A stretch of DNA of 64,000 bases from Eledone cirrhosa (Eukaryota): assembly GCA_964016885.1 (NCBI GenBank), contig OZ024742.1, positions 57,970,001-58,034,000 on the forward strand, given 5' to 3'. The position numbers and the translations under genes are program-made. The notes under the pieces are model-generated. The model did not search any database. It saw only the letters and a program-made list of their open reading frames with translations, and was not told where the DNA came from. This document shows positions 15,104-28,774 of this stretch, piece after piece; position 1 is the first letter of the stretch, and every line of letters starts with the position of its first letter.

Positions 15104-15146
15104 ACAATGTTGACAATAGCTAATAAGCTTGAAACTAGTTCATTGT
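15104..15146 (+). ncRNA. Type I HHR, family A copy 2
   Basis: Identical to copy 1; predicted cut after 15140. Confidence 0.85.
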
Positions 15147-15529
15147 TCCTTTGTCAGTGTTGAACAAAATGCGACGATGGTTGCCGAACACTGAACGGCT
15201 TAATTCGGGCTGTTTGTTTACAAACAAACTGATCATTATAATAAATGTTCGGTAAACTCATATGTACATATATATGTGTGCATGTATGTATATATATACA
15301 TACTACTGTACGTCTGTATACATATATGTATGTACGTATACATACTTACATTTAAGTATCAGCCATACTAAGAGTGAGAAATGAAATTTTGTTTCATTCT
15401 TTTCTATTTATCGTTTTCGGTACGCCCGGCCGACTAACTCACTCGACATGCAAATTAGGCTGCTCAGTCGTTAATATGCATAAGGAAAGTATATACTTTC
15501 AAACGTTCAATCATCTGACAGGAAGGTAT

Positions 15530-15572
15530 ACGATGTTGACGATAGCTAATAAGCTTGAAACTAGTCCATCGT
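15530..15572 (+). ncRNA. Type I HHR, family A copy 3
   Basis: acgatg TTGACGA tagctaataagctt GAAA CTAG TC catcgt; stem I stays paired after two substitutions; GUC triplet ending at 15566. Confidence 0.85.
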
Positions 15573-15782
15573 TCCTTTGTCAGTGTTGAACAAAAGGCGA
15601 CGATGGTTGCTGAACACTGAATGGCTTAATTCGGGCTGTTTGTTTACAAACAAACCGAACATTATAATAAATGTTCAGTAAACCCATACGTACATATGTG
15701 TGCATGTATGTACATATATACATACTACTGTACGTCTGTATACATATATGTATGTACGTATATATATATATTTATATAACAA

Positions 15783-15925
15783 AGGAATTGTGGTAAGGAA
15801 CCAAATGGACCATAACGCACCAGAGTACTCAATACTTAGGGTAGTAGAGTGGGAAATAGGGATAAGTATGACCCCGACGGCAGAGATCAAGCCGTTTCGA
15901 CGGCTATTTCTGGATAATTTCTATA
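15783..15925 (-). mobile_element. Solo 3' fragment of a Penelope pLTR (family of 21917-25335)
   Basis: Reverse complement matches 22478-22610 (ccagaaatagccgtcgaaacggcttgat...gagtactctggtgcgttatggtcca). Confidence 0.85.
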
Positions 15926-15931
15926 TTTATA

Positions 15932-16265
15932 TATCATCATCATTCATCATTTCATTTTACGTCCGCTTTTCCCTGCTTGCAAGGGTGGGACGGGAACTGA
16001 TTTTGGCTTGATTTCTACAGCTGGATGCCCTTCCTTACACCAACCTCATTTACAGTGAGTGCTGGGTGCTTTTTTGCCGTGGCACCTCCACGACCACTTT
16101 GCAGTGCAATGATAGGGACTGGGGTCATTTCTACAGCTGAGTAAACTGGAGCAAATTGAAATAAAGTGTCTTGCTCAAGGAAACAACACATCACCCGGTC
16201 TGAGAATTGAACTCACAACCTTTCGATTGCAAGGACAATGCTCTAACCACTAAGCCATGTGCTTC
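15932..16265 (-). mobile_element. tRNA-headed SINE with RTE-like tail
   Basis: Near-identical to 8623-8965. Confidence 0.85.
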
Positions 16266-16501
16266 ATATATATTTATACATGTGGAAGCTTAGTAAAATC
16301 GAAGCTTTGGCTGTGAGCAAGCAAAGTCGACCTACAATATGAATGAGTTAGCAAAGCACTCAATAAGGGTAGGTCCTTAGAGTAACAACATACGTTTAAA
16401 TAGCTTGACAAATTGAACATTGTGGTAGGCAAAACCTAACACAATACCAAAGCAACGAAAAAACTAACAGGTTAATATATATATATATAGGTTTGTAGAT
16501 A

Positions 16502-16688
16502 TTACTCTTTTACCAGTTCCAGCCATCCGGCTGAGGCTACGCTGGGGCACCGCCCTTGTTGCTACACATCTTATCTCCAGCCCGTATTGGTTGGCCACTG
16601 GTGCAAGTGGGAGTTCGTTGCTGCTGCCCTTGGGTTTCTCTCGTGCCTTGCTGTGTGCTCATCCGGGATCCTGGATAGCAAGGTGTCG
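16502..16688 (-). mobile_element. 3' fragment of the CR1-group LINE seen at 9160
   Basis: Matches 9165-9352. Confidence 0.85.
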
Positions 16689-16731
16689 AAATAAATTTGA
16701 TTGAAATGGAAGTCTTCCATTTCAATAAAAT

Positions 16732-16796
16732 TTATTTCGTTCTGACGAATGTGCCAAGCTCGTCTGTCTTCGTGAAACCTTTGGTAAATGAAATAA
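16732..16796 (+). ncRNA. Type I hammerhead ribozyme (separate family), preceded by a ~50-bp foldback at 16688-16738
   Basis: Stem I ttatttcgtt/aatgaaataa (10 bp, one G-U); CTGACGA; weak stem II atg/cgt; GAAA; stem III ACC ttt GGT; GUA triplet ending at 16786. Confidence 0.75.
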
Positions 16797-16884
16797 TTAT
16801 CTTATGTTGTTTATTACATAACTGTAAAGCTCTGTAGCCTACATAGAGCACTCTTTTCCTTTACCTTTCGTACGGAAATACTTC

Positions 16885-18163
<1,279 letters not shown>

Positions 18164-19040
18164 TCATCATCATCATTTAACGTCCATCTTCCACGCAAGT
18201 GCAAGCGATTAATAGCGTTGGGCGTCAAAAGCTGTCTAGCTATTGTCTTCATCTCCCAATCAAACAGAACACAAATCAACTCGAGTGTCCACATTAATTG
18301 CTAATCACATCCATTACTACTTTTTGTTTGTTAGTTTTTCACCCACTAAATTTAACCTCCCACCTTTCCTTCAGTAACCCGTTAGCAATTAAATACATTA
18401 TTATTTATCTATCTATCTATTTATTTATTCATTTCATCCGTTTGATTTTCTGCTGATGCAATAGTTAGTTGTTAGTCCTTATAAGTACTTACCTCAGCGA
18501 AAGCTGGCTATGACATTCGTAGTAAAAGGCCCAGAAAGTAGACACAAAACTACGTTTCGAAAAAAATATACATATATAAATATAGATACTACACAGTAAT
18601 TATAGTCGATATATAGAAGGCTGTTGAGTGCAACGTAGACTGGGAATAGATATATAGAGCAACAGACTGAAATCTATAATTTCATTTAGATAAAAAAAAA
18701 ACAGGCAACTTGTGAAAATAATTACATCGAACTTTTTAGAATGTTTCTGTCGCTCTTTTCTTTTAACTCGGCATATATTTATGCATATATATATATATAT
18801 ATATATATAGATATATGCATATTTTCTACTAACGTAGTGAGTACCTTATTCATCTGTGGTATCCTTAATTATATATATATAAATATAGCATTTATTCGGT
18901 ATGTTCCAGCTGAATTAAATTCAACCCCCTACAAATAATTAAATAAAAAACACAGAGCATAATTTTTCAACGATTTCTCAAATATAATAAACTTGACAGA
19001 TATTTGTTCAACTGTTGAAACCAAACGAAATGTATTATAT

Positions 19041-19142
19041 AATTGTTTCTACGTTAGGCACAAGGCCAGCAATTAACCAGTGTATTACTGGTACTTTATT
19101 TTTATCGACCCCGTAAGGATGAAAGGCAAAGTTAACCTCGCC
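19041..19142 (-). mobile_element. 3' half of tRNA-derived SINE (family of 30415)
   Basis: Reverse complement of ttaactttgcctttcatccttacggggtcgataaaa...ggccttgtgcctaacgtagaaacaatt. Confidence 0.8.
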
Positions 19143-20591
19143 ATTATATAATAATGTCTATCAAGAAATACTCTGGTTCTACTGACGAAATGAATAATAT
19201 CTATAAAAAGATCGCACTGTAATGTGTTGTGACAATGCCCGACTCGCTGCATTATACATGAGAAATAGAGGAGGGTACTCGTCAGCTGGGGAAACAAAAA
19301 CTTGGGTATGGCTGACTACTCCCATTTTAAAAATACCCTTCAAAAACAATACAACAACGCAATTCTCAGAATGTCAGCTCATATAAAGAATTAGCAGAAA
19401 GAAGGGGTTCATATGAGATTGTGCTACTAATAAACTACTTCTACATTAGTGTTGTCAGTTTAAAACATAAGGCATATTACACAACAATGTTCTACTTCAT
19501 TTTCTGTTTCAGTATTAGGAGTACTCGATTAAACTGAGATATTTATCATATATCTACATATATATGTGTGTGTGTGTATATATATATATATACACAGCTG
19601 ATGCAGAACTGTCAGACAGACGAAAAAAGAATTCAATATGTAATACCGTCAATATATATGTGTATGTATGAATGTATGTATATTATATTACGTTGTCAAG
19701 TGACGAAAATGTTCCTAGTAGTAATTTCATGTATACAGAAAATAAAGTTCCATTGAGTTTTAGGAGGTTTGTTACAGACAAACAAGCAAATACATCGCTC
19801 ACGACACAAATATAAGCACAAAACATGGAATTTACTAAACGTAGAATTAAATAGAGTTTACCTTTCTTGAAGATAAGCGTTCAACGGAAAGTTTTGTGAA
19901 GGGGGAGGGGGAATTTTATTGTTTCGTGTTGTTTCAATGTTGAAATTTCTCTCAAAACATCAGCGACGAGTGACTACAAACGGGTGATTTGGTCGCTAAA
20001 GACATATAGATAAATTGAGCATGAGGTAAATAAAAGTCTTTAAAAGGTATAAATTCTACCAATGGTCAAACGAAGGAGGAAAATAATTGGTAATATCTGT
20101 TATAGTTGAAAAGTAAGGGTTAAAGTCTATTATTGATAGATACTGCACTGTTTACGTTTTTCGCTGTTTACTACAAGACGTCTTTTTCTATTGAACCAGA
20201 ACACTAACGCTAGCTTTGAGTTATCGCCCTTGGCAGCTGTTGTGTCTAATTACTCGTATAGTAAGATAACGTATATAATTACATATACACTTACACCACT
20301 TACTCAGGCGCATATATATATATATACACATACATATAAACACGCACACACACATATATATTCATATGTGTGTGTTTACTGAAGTAACACAGGTTCATCC
20401 TTTTAATTAGTCCTTTGACGACACGCAGTTCTTTTTACATACACATACGCGCACTTAAGTTGTTTCAGCTTTTATTTCACACGCTTCGTATTAAGTACTT
20501 CCCACTTGTGTTTGTATGCATGAATGTGTATTCACTCATTTACTACGCATACACATACATACATGACTCCTTTATTCCGTTGCTCTATTTG

Positions 20592-20635
<44 letters not shown>

Positions 20636-21017
20636 GCGTCGGGTAGAAATGCAATGAAACAAATGATCCAGTCTATTGTTACTAGGAATTACACGCCTGA
20701 GTTGCGATCGATCGTTCAAGCGTAGCGACGGGATGAAGTCAATATATGTGTGTATGTGAGGAAGGAGAGAGAGGCAGGCAGAGAAAGAATGGTTTCCAGT
20801 AGAGTTATGGAAAGAGACTAGTTATATAAGGTACTCAATACATTAAATGAGAGTACCTAATTTACTTAAGATGGAAATGACTTCTACTGGACTAGTAGTT
20901 TCATTCGGTCGAAATCATCAGGAAAGGCAGATGAATTTGGACCAAATGATGATTTCCTGATAATTTAAACCGAATATAACAGTGCTAGTATTGTAGAAGT
21001 AATTTCCATCTGAAATT

Positions 21018-21049
<32 letters not shown>

Positions 21050-21931
21050 GGAAATTCAATGATGCTCTCGTCGCACATACATGGCTCACCACAATATTCA
21101 ACCTGGGAGTATGAAGGTGTGTGAATTATATTGCAATATACAAGAGAGAAGTTCGATAATCTTAAGGGATTGATTTTATGTGTGTATTTCCTGTAGATGC
21201 AATGGTTAGGAAACCAAGTTCTAATGCAATTCTACTCTAGTAAATTCTTTTTCCTTTTATTCCTTGCTACCTAATAAAAAGAGACTACAAGGACCTTCGA
21301 GAAAGAAAGAGAGAAAAAGAGAGCGTGTATATATTTATATCAGACGTAGAGGTGAGATCGGGTTTGAGTGCGACTATCAGGTGGGGTGTACTTTTATCAT
21401 GTAAGAACATTACTGTATTGAAAACAATTAGGAATCTATACTGCAATATAAAGGATCGATAACAAGATAATTGAGTGTTCATGCTTAGATAATAAATACA
21501 GAGGTAAGGCAAATAGTAATTGAATCAACCTGAATAAACAAAATAAAAATTAAAAGAAAACACAACGAAAAACAATTTTATCTACTGCGTAAAAGAAAAG
21601 TATACGGGTTGTGGTGGTAGTGGTGATGTAGTTGTAGTAGGGGTGGTGGCAGTGATGGTGGTTACGTAACAAACTCCACCACCACTACTACTATCATAGT
21701 CATTTTCACCATATAATCATTGACAACATGAATCTAAAACAAAATACTAGACTAATACCGTTCTAATGTCAAACGGTCCTCCTTTTTCTCCACGTTAATA
21801 TATCTTAATATGTTAATAAATGCTTGTGAGGGTTTTGTCCTTTGTGTATGGGAATTATATTGCAATAATTCGTTTTGAGAGCTGGATGACATTTAAAATC
21901 TTTTTCTCTCTCTCTGTAGGAAAAGGTTCAG

Positions 21932-22026
21932 ACCCCGACGGCAGATGTCAAGCCGTTTCGACGGCTATTTCTGGACTAAATTAAATTTTTAGCATGGTAA
22001 TGATATAGCCGAACTTTTCAAAGGGT
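21932..22026 (-). ncRNA. Type I HHR in the Penelope pLTR (U3-A8 core, long stem II loop)
   Basis: Reverse strand: accct TTGAAAA gtt cggctat...atagccg tc GAAA CGGC ttgacatct GCCG TC ggggt; stem III 5 bp; GUC triplet. Confidence 0.75.
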
Positions 22027-22699
22027 AATTCCATATTTGGGCATGCGATAATCAGGTATTTCTGAAGGTTGTAGTAGTTATCAAAAGGATTGGTCGAAGT
22101 TTCTTGTAAACAGTTAAATCTTTCATAGTGGTAGGTGGGGGTGGCTGAACTTGCCTGTAGAACAATGAGGGAGTGGGTGATGCCGGTCAAGCGTTAAAAG
22201 TAAATTCTATACATCAAATTCTAAGGAGTGGGTGAAATAGGCCAGCTAGAAAGCAAGCGAAAATAGAATTGTACAGGAATCTGAAAATGGGAAATTATAA
22301 AATAAAAAAATCTAGTCTAAAACAGCTGCTATATTTTTAGCTGGTGTTGCGTCTTCAGCCGATGCTATATAGAATTTACTGGGGTGGGGGTACTGAGGCT
22401 ACAAAAGCCCGATGGGCTGCCTCAGCGTAAGCGAAAGAGGAAAAAGGAAAAGGAAGAGGGGAGTGGAATTTAATTTAGTCCAGAAATAGCCGTCGAAACG
22501 GCTTGATATCTGCCGTCGGGGTCCTGAACCTTCCTATTATCCACTCTACTACCCAAAGTATCGAGTACTCTGGTGCGTTATGGTCCACCTGGTTCCTTAC
22601 CACACTTCCTTCGTTATCTAGCTCCTACCTCCGTAGTGCAGCACTTTCCGACCCTACCACGCCATATCCTGGCTTTTCCACCAAGCTCCAGTTTCTTCA

Positions 22700-24586
22700 A
22701 TATACCTATCATGCGAAAACACTATCGACTTCTCCACCAAGAACATCCCAGTTCCACCGAGAAAACTTTACCTACAGATGCTCACGCAAAAAATCGACCG
22801 GTTTGCGAAAAGATTGAGATGGAGAACATTCTTCTACGATAAATACAACGACAACCAGGACTTCGACACCAAGGAGAGATTCGGATTCAATACCTACAAA
22901 TCTCCCCCACCAAAACCTCTGCTCTCACCCTTCAAGAACGACCTCTTCCACCTGGTCAAGGGTATAAAATTCAAACCCAGACACAACCGATTCCTACAAC
23001 AACTCCGTAGCAAAATAACAGAGCATGAAAGCACCAATGACATCCTGGTGCATTCGGACAAAACTGGAAACCTCTATTTCGTCAACTCTGACCGATACCA
23101 CTCACTTATCAGGAGCAGCCTGAACTCCACCTACAAAAAGGCAAACCATTCTATAATCCGCAACATAAATCTAGATGGACAACAAATTACCACCAGCCTT
23201 GGGGTTGCCGACCATACTGAACCTCTCGACCCACGGACTCCCTACTTCACTCTGAAGGATCATAAATCCAACTTCAACTGCAAACCATCCATCAGGCTTA
23301 TAAATCCGAAGAAGTCGGATATAGGGGGAATCAGCAGAAAGATCCTAGACCGCGTTATACCAAAATTCAAGCAAAACGCGAGACTTAGCCTTTGGGTAAG
23401 CACCCAGGAAGTCATCTCATGGTTCAGTATGGGTGCGACTGACTCGGTGGAGGGGACCGATCTCATAGCATTATTCTTACTACATAAACTCACTGAAATG
23501 TTTCCTGCATTCGGTGGTGGATTGTACCGAGATGATGGACTCCTTACCCTCAAAGGGTACAACCCCAGTAGTACGGACCGGGTCCGTAAACACCTAATCA
23601 ACTTCTTCCGAGACTGGAGTTTTAAAATCACCCTACAGACGTCCCTAATCTGAGTCAATTTCCTGGACGTTACCCTCAACCTCAAAAATGATCTGTATTA
23701 CCCATACAGGAAACCAAACGACAACCTATACTACATCCACCGCCACTCTAACCATCCTAGAAACATCACCAATAACCTGGTTAAAAACATCTCCCTCCGC
23801 ATATCTCGTTTATCTGCTAATGAGCAGATATTCAATGAACATGCACCTTATTACAACCAAGCCCTCAAGCGAAGTGGCTTTCGGAAGAAAATCTCATTTT
23901 ACCCAGGCTCCCCTAGCGGAACCAGCAGGCAACACCACCACTCTCGCCACGTAACATGGTTCAACCTTCCCCACAATGCCGAGGTTGCAATACCAATCGG
24001 GAAAATCTTCTTTAGACTCCTCAAAAAACACTTCACACCACAACACCGCTACCACAACATAATCAACAAAAACACTATCAAACTCTCCTACAGCACCACA
24101 CCCAACTTTGCACAAAACATCGCCTCCTCAAACAACAAGAAACTCAACTCCTATGGAAGAAACAACCTAGACATTAGTGGAGAGCCGACCAGGAGGTGTA
24201 ACTGCCCTGATAGATCTACGTGTCTCCTCAACAACAGATGCTGAGAACGTAATGTGATCTACCAATGCAACGTGAGAACGGAAAACTCTAACAAAGCCTA
24301 TATAGGATTAACCGCCTGTGACTTTAAGACCTGGCTCTACCAACACCGACATACGTTCAGAAACCTGGCCCGGCGACATGCCACTACACTCTCAGGCCAC
24401 ATCTGGGACCTCCAAGATAATAACATAACATACAATCTTACTTGGAGCTTACTGTCCAGGGCTAACTCCTACACGGGAGGACGCCGTCCATGTAACTTAT
24501 GCTTGGAGGAAACAATACAAATGCTGTTTACGAAGAATCAACTCCTAAACAAAAAAGACGAACTTGTAACCGCCTGTAAACACTGA
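22700..24586 (+). pseudogene. Penelope RT-GIY-YIG polyprotein, inactivated
   Basis: In-frame TGA at 23651 and ~24242, frameshift near 23900, and the RT segment between WF and SMG (containing the first catalytic Asp motif) is missing. Confidence 0.88.
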
Positions 24587-25344
24587 TTGTATAGGACTTA
24601 CCTCGCTCTCAAACCCCCTCATGACCCGGGTGGGTAGACAATGGCTGTAACATCCTTCTTTTCTCCACTTGCCGAACTGATAGGGGAAACCCCAGCATAC
24701 AAAGGTAGATGTAATTCTTTTCTTTTTTCCCTTTATCTCTTCTCACTTCCTTTTCCTTTTTCCTTGTTCGCTTACCCTGAGGCAGCCCATCGGGCTTTTG
24801 TAGCCTCAGTACCCCCATCCCAGTAAATTCTATATAGCATTGGCTGAAGACGCAACACCAGCTAAAAATATAGCAGCTGTTTTAGACTCTAGTTTTTTAA
24901 TTTTATAATTTCCCATTTTCAGATTCCTGTACAATTCTATTTTCGTCTGCTTTCTAGCTAGCCTACTTCACCCCACACCCCTTAGAATTTGCTGTATAGA
25001 ATTTACTTTTAAATGCTTGACCGGCTTCACCCACTCCCTCATTGTCCTACAGGCAAGTTCATCCCCCCCCCCCACCCACCCATCGCCATGAAAGATTTAA
25101 CTGTGTTTAGAAGAAACTTCGACCAATCCTTTTGATAACTACAACCTTCAGAAATACCTGATTATTGCATGCCCATATATAGAATTACCATGCTAAAAAT
25201 TTAATTTAGTCCAGAAATAGTCGTCGAAACGGCTTGACATCTGCCGTCGGGGTCTGAACCTTTTCCTATTACCCAAAGTATTGAGTACTCTGGTGTGTTA
25301 TGGTCCACCTAGTTCCTTACCACACTTCCTCCCTTATATATATA

Positions 25345-25706
25345 TATATTCGCTGGGGTTACGTTCCAAGAGCACCCGCAAGGAGGGAAAAACAGCGAAT
25401 ATTGTACGTGGTCCATAAAAATGCCTATAAACGTCAAAATATAATTTGAAAAAAAGAGAGACCGTCTTATGCGAAGGGACGTCCAATAGACTGGCAAATA
25501 TGGTATATTGTTATTAATAATGTATCATTAAAAAACATATGTATTGCCACGAAAAAAGCCATTAAAAAATGCGGAAGATATTTACGATTCCGCAAATATG
25601 CGGTGGTTTCCGCGAATATGCGGTGGTTTCCACGAACAATTATTAGTTAGGTTCTAAGGGAAATTCCGCAAATAACTGGGACCGCGAATGTTGGGAGTAT
25701 ACTGTT
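25345..25706. mobile_element. pogo/Tigger-like MITE remnant
   Basis: tattcgctggggttacgttcc at the left and ccgcgaatgttgggagtatactgt at the right resemble Tigger-type subterminal/TIR sequence; repeated cgcgaata motifs. Confidence 0.45.
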
Positions 25707-25758
25707 TATATATATATATGTGTGTGTGTGTGTGTGCTTAGCAGACGTCAAAACGACA

Positions 25759-25799
<41 letters not shown>
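25759..25799. repeat. (ATG)n microsatellite
   Basis: Direct reading. Confidence 0.95.
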
Positions 25800-26298
25800 A
25801 TTCAAAATAGAGGGCGCACAGGATAAAGACAATGGAAAGACGGACAGTCCCACTTCCCCAGTCAACCCCCGGAAATCACCACAGCCACAGTGCACCAAGG
25901 CTGACACTGCCCACTCCTGTGCACACCAGGACACAACAAAACAGGCAGAGGCAAGTTATTCCTTTAAGCAAATCACAAGGGCTTAACCAAAGGAGAAAAA
26001 ATATAGAAAGAAGAGAAATAAAAAAACAGAAGAGAATAAGGACTGTAGTCCAATGTACAGACAAAGAAGGACACCAAGACTTAGAAAAGGTAAGAAGAGA
26101 GAACAGAGGAAAACAGGCTGCGCAGTGTGATGTCTATTATATGATAATAAAAAAAAAAGCCCTCATGGAGTATAAACTCAAAATAGGGGTGGACAGGACA
26201 AAGAAAATAGAAATGTATACATATATATATAGAGAGAGAGAAGGAGTGGAGAGAGAGAGAGAGAGAGAGATGCATGTCTGTACTTTTGTATATGTACG

Positions 26299-26845
26299 CA
26301 TAAAAAAGTGCAGGGCGATCAAAATAGACGGTAGCCACGGAGTAGGCAGACCCAGAAAAACCTGGGACGACTTAATAATTTCCGACCTCACACACTTAGA
26401 CCTCTCCAAGACAATGTCACTGGACCGAGTTCTTTGGCGCTATGCAGTAATACAGAAGACCCGCCTTGCCTAAGTGCAAAGCGAAACCTACAGTCAGTAG
26501 GCACCTCTTAACCAAAATACACCCCGTCCCATTACCCCCACCCCTTTGTAAAGTTATGTTGGTACCACAACATCCAGTCCTAAATAAATGAGGTCATGTA
26601 GGTGTCACGACAAAAACACACAGTCCACGCTGGAATGTGGCCGTGTAGGTAACATGGTAAAAACCTCCAAGTCTTCACTGTAAACGTGGTTGGTCTTAAG
26701 AAGGGCATCCAGCCGTAGAAAACCCGCCAGACAGTCCTATACGAGCAGGACAACCAATCTTGCCTCAAGTGGGAAAATTCCCGTCCAAACCCAGGCAAGC
26801 GTGGAAGATGGACGTTAAACGATGATGATGATGATGATGATGATA
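26299..26845 (+). mobile_element. 3' fragment of RTE LINE, same family as 6209
   Basis: [22 protein letters not shown]... plus 3'UTR and (GAT)n tail. Confidence 0.9.
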
Positions 26846-28455
26846 TGCGTATGTGGGTGATGTGAGATGTTTAGTGTGGCAATACATATGTCTCTCTTGC
26901 CTACAGCTCATTGCCACTAACTATCCAATGTAGAAAGTAGAGAAGTAATCTAGCATGTGTGATTTCTCTTCCAATACATAGCCTCCCCATCACCAAGAAG
27001 TCTGTTGGGTCACCCCAATAGCCACCCACAGTAACTGGGGGCTTTGAAGGGAATTTCAGAGCAGCAGTGATCCCTAGAGATACAATATTTCTGAATATAG
27101 TTTGATATAAAAACCTTTTGTTAATTTATGTTACAAATGCCATCTTATTAGAAGAAGGAGGAGGGGGGGGAGAGAAGAAGAAAGGGTAGAGAGAAGTCTT
27201 CAGTTGTGTCAAAGACATGACAATGTCCTTAGTGCTGGTGCCACAATAACATGCACCCAGTACACTCTGTAAAGTGTGGGAGTGTATGTACTGAGAGATC
27301 AGTATCTCTGATTAAGTATTAACTGTGATGACACATTCAACTGTTGCTAACAGTGCTAGTCATGTGATACTTCCTATTGTCTTGTGGTTGAAATTGGGAA
27401 GAGAGAAACTGTATGGGATCTCTTTAGATGGGCGGCACCTGTAATTCAAACGGACAGTCTTGTCACATATTTGGTCATGCTGAATCTCCCAGGGAATTAT
27501 GTTAAGGATATACATGTCTATGTGGAATGCTCAGTAATTTGCACATGAATTTCATGAGCAAACAATTCTGTTGATCAAATAAATGGAACACTCATCAGCA
27601 AAACTGGCTGAGTTCCATTCCATATAACATCAATGTATAATATATATATATATATATATATATACCATCACCATTTAACGTACATTTTCCATGCTTTCAT
27701 GGGTTAATTTATATATATATATATATATATACACAAAGGCCTTGTTTCAGGGGGGTACCAGGGGACAAGTCCCCTCACACATACACTTTTTTGGGACCGG
27801 GGGACAAACTACCTTTTGTCCCCCCTACTTTTTCCCAATTAAAAAACAAAGAAAATCCCACTAACAAGTCATACATATGGTTAATACATATTTTTACATG
27901 TTTATTTATGTGCATATATTTTTTATATAGACCCTAACTTGCAATCGGTATTGAATTTTGTTCGTTTGATATTTACATCCATTTGCTAAAAATTTAAAAA
28001 ATCCGACTCATCAATAATTTGAATGAGAATTATATAACATTTTTATATATATTTGTCTCATTAAGTGAATATAGATAAATAAACAACACATTGTTGTCTC
28101 AGAGATGAGTTTACATATTGAGGCATATCTGAGGATCTTTCGATTGATGTATCTATGTATGTTTGAATGTGTGTATATAATATATATGTATATTTTAAAG
28201 GAACCTTAATTCCACGGTATGCACAGAGTTTCAAATAGTATTTTAAATATGAACATTAGGGTTATGTGACCGCCCCACTCCGTACCCCTCGCATAGACCC
28301 ACCACAATTAAATACCCTAATTTTCTATATTAGTCATATAATCTCCAACACATATATACTAAATTGCTTATGAATATGAAACATTTGATCATATTTCATT
28401 GTAGAAACCTTGTTTAAAACATCTGATGAGTAAAGATAGCAAAAACATTGAGATA

Positions 28456-28746
28456 TAAGACAATTGGTAGGTAGGTACCCCTCCAACATGGTAAGACAAT
28501 TGGTAGGTAGGTACCCCTCCAACATGGTAAGACAATTGGTAGGTAGGTACCCCTCCAACATGGTAAGACAATTGGTAGGTAGGTACCCCTCCAACATGGT
28601 AAGACAATTGGTAGGTAGGTACCCCTCCAACATGGTAAGACAATTGGTAGGTAGGTACCCCTCCAACATGGTAAGACAATTGGTAGGTAGGTACCCCTCC
28701 AACATGGTAAGACAATTGGTAGGTAGGTACCCCTCCAACATGGTAA
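28456..28746. repeat. Perfect 36-bp minisatellite x8
   Basis: Unit taagacaattggtaggtaggtacccctccaacatgg. Confidence 0.97.
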
Positions 28747-28774
28747 AATTACAACTTTTCAATGTGTTAAAGGT

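Larger units (their letters stand above)
14616..15765 (+). mobile_element. 426-bp tandem repeat (~2.7 units), one HHR per unit; retrozyme-like family A
   Basis: Identical landmarks at 14678/15104/15530 and 14948/15374; units 1 and 2 appear nearly identical, unit 3 is slightly diverged. Confidence 0.9.
21917..25335 (+). mobile_element. Penelope-like element: inverted pLTR (21917-22466), partial direct pLTR (22467-22610), disrupted RT + GIY-YIG ORF, 3' pLTR (~24740-25335)
   Basis: FSTKNIPVP, RLRWR, SDKTGNLY, TLKDHK, RLINP, GLYRDDGL, FLDVTL, SNHP, WFN, CNC..C..C linker, VIYQC...YIGLT, CNLCLEE, LLNKKDEL; classic inverted-plus-direct pLTR layout. Confidence 0.93.

Noticed and set aside
14948-15589. 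Duplicated 71-aa ORFs in the 426-bp repeat
   Set aside because: GTG start, no recognisable motif, and the frame crosses the predicted cleavage site.
24843-24890. CTGAAGA in the pLTR (also CTGATGA at 28423 and CTGAAGA at 4583) as extra hammerheads
   Set aside because: No correctly placed stem II-GAAA-stem III-NUH and closing stem I.
28456-28746. 36-bp perfect repeats resembling a CRISPR array
   Set aside because: Units are contiguous with no spacers, there are no cas genes, and the context is eukaryotic.
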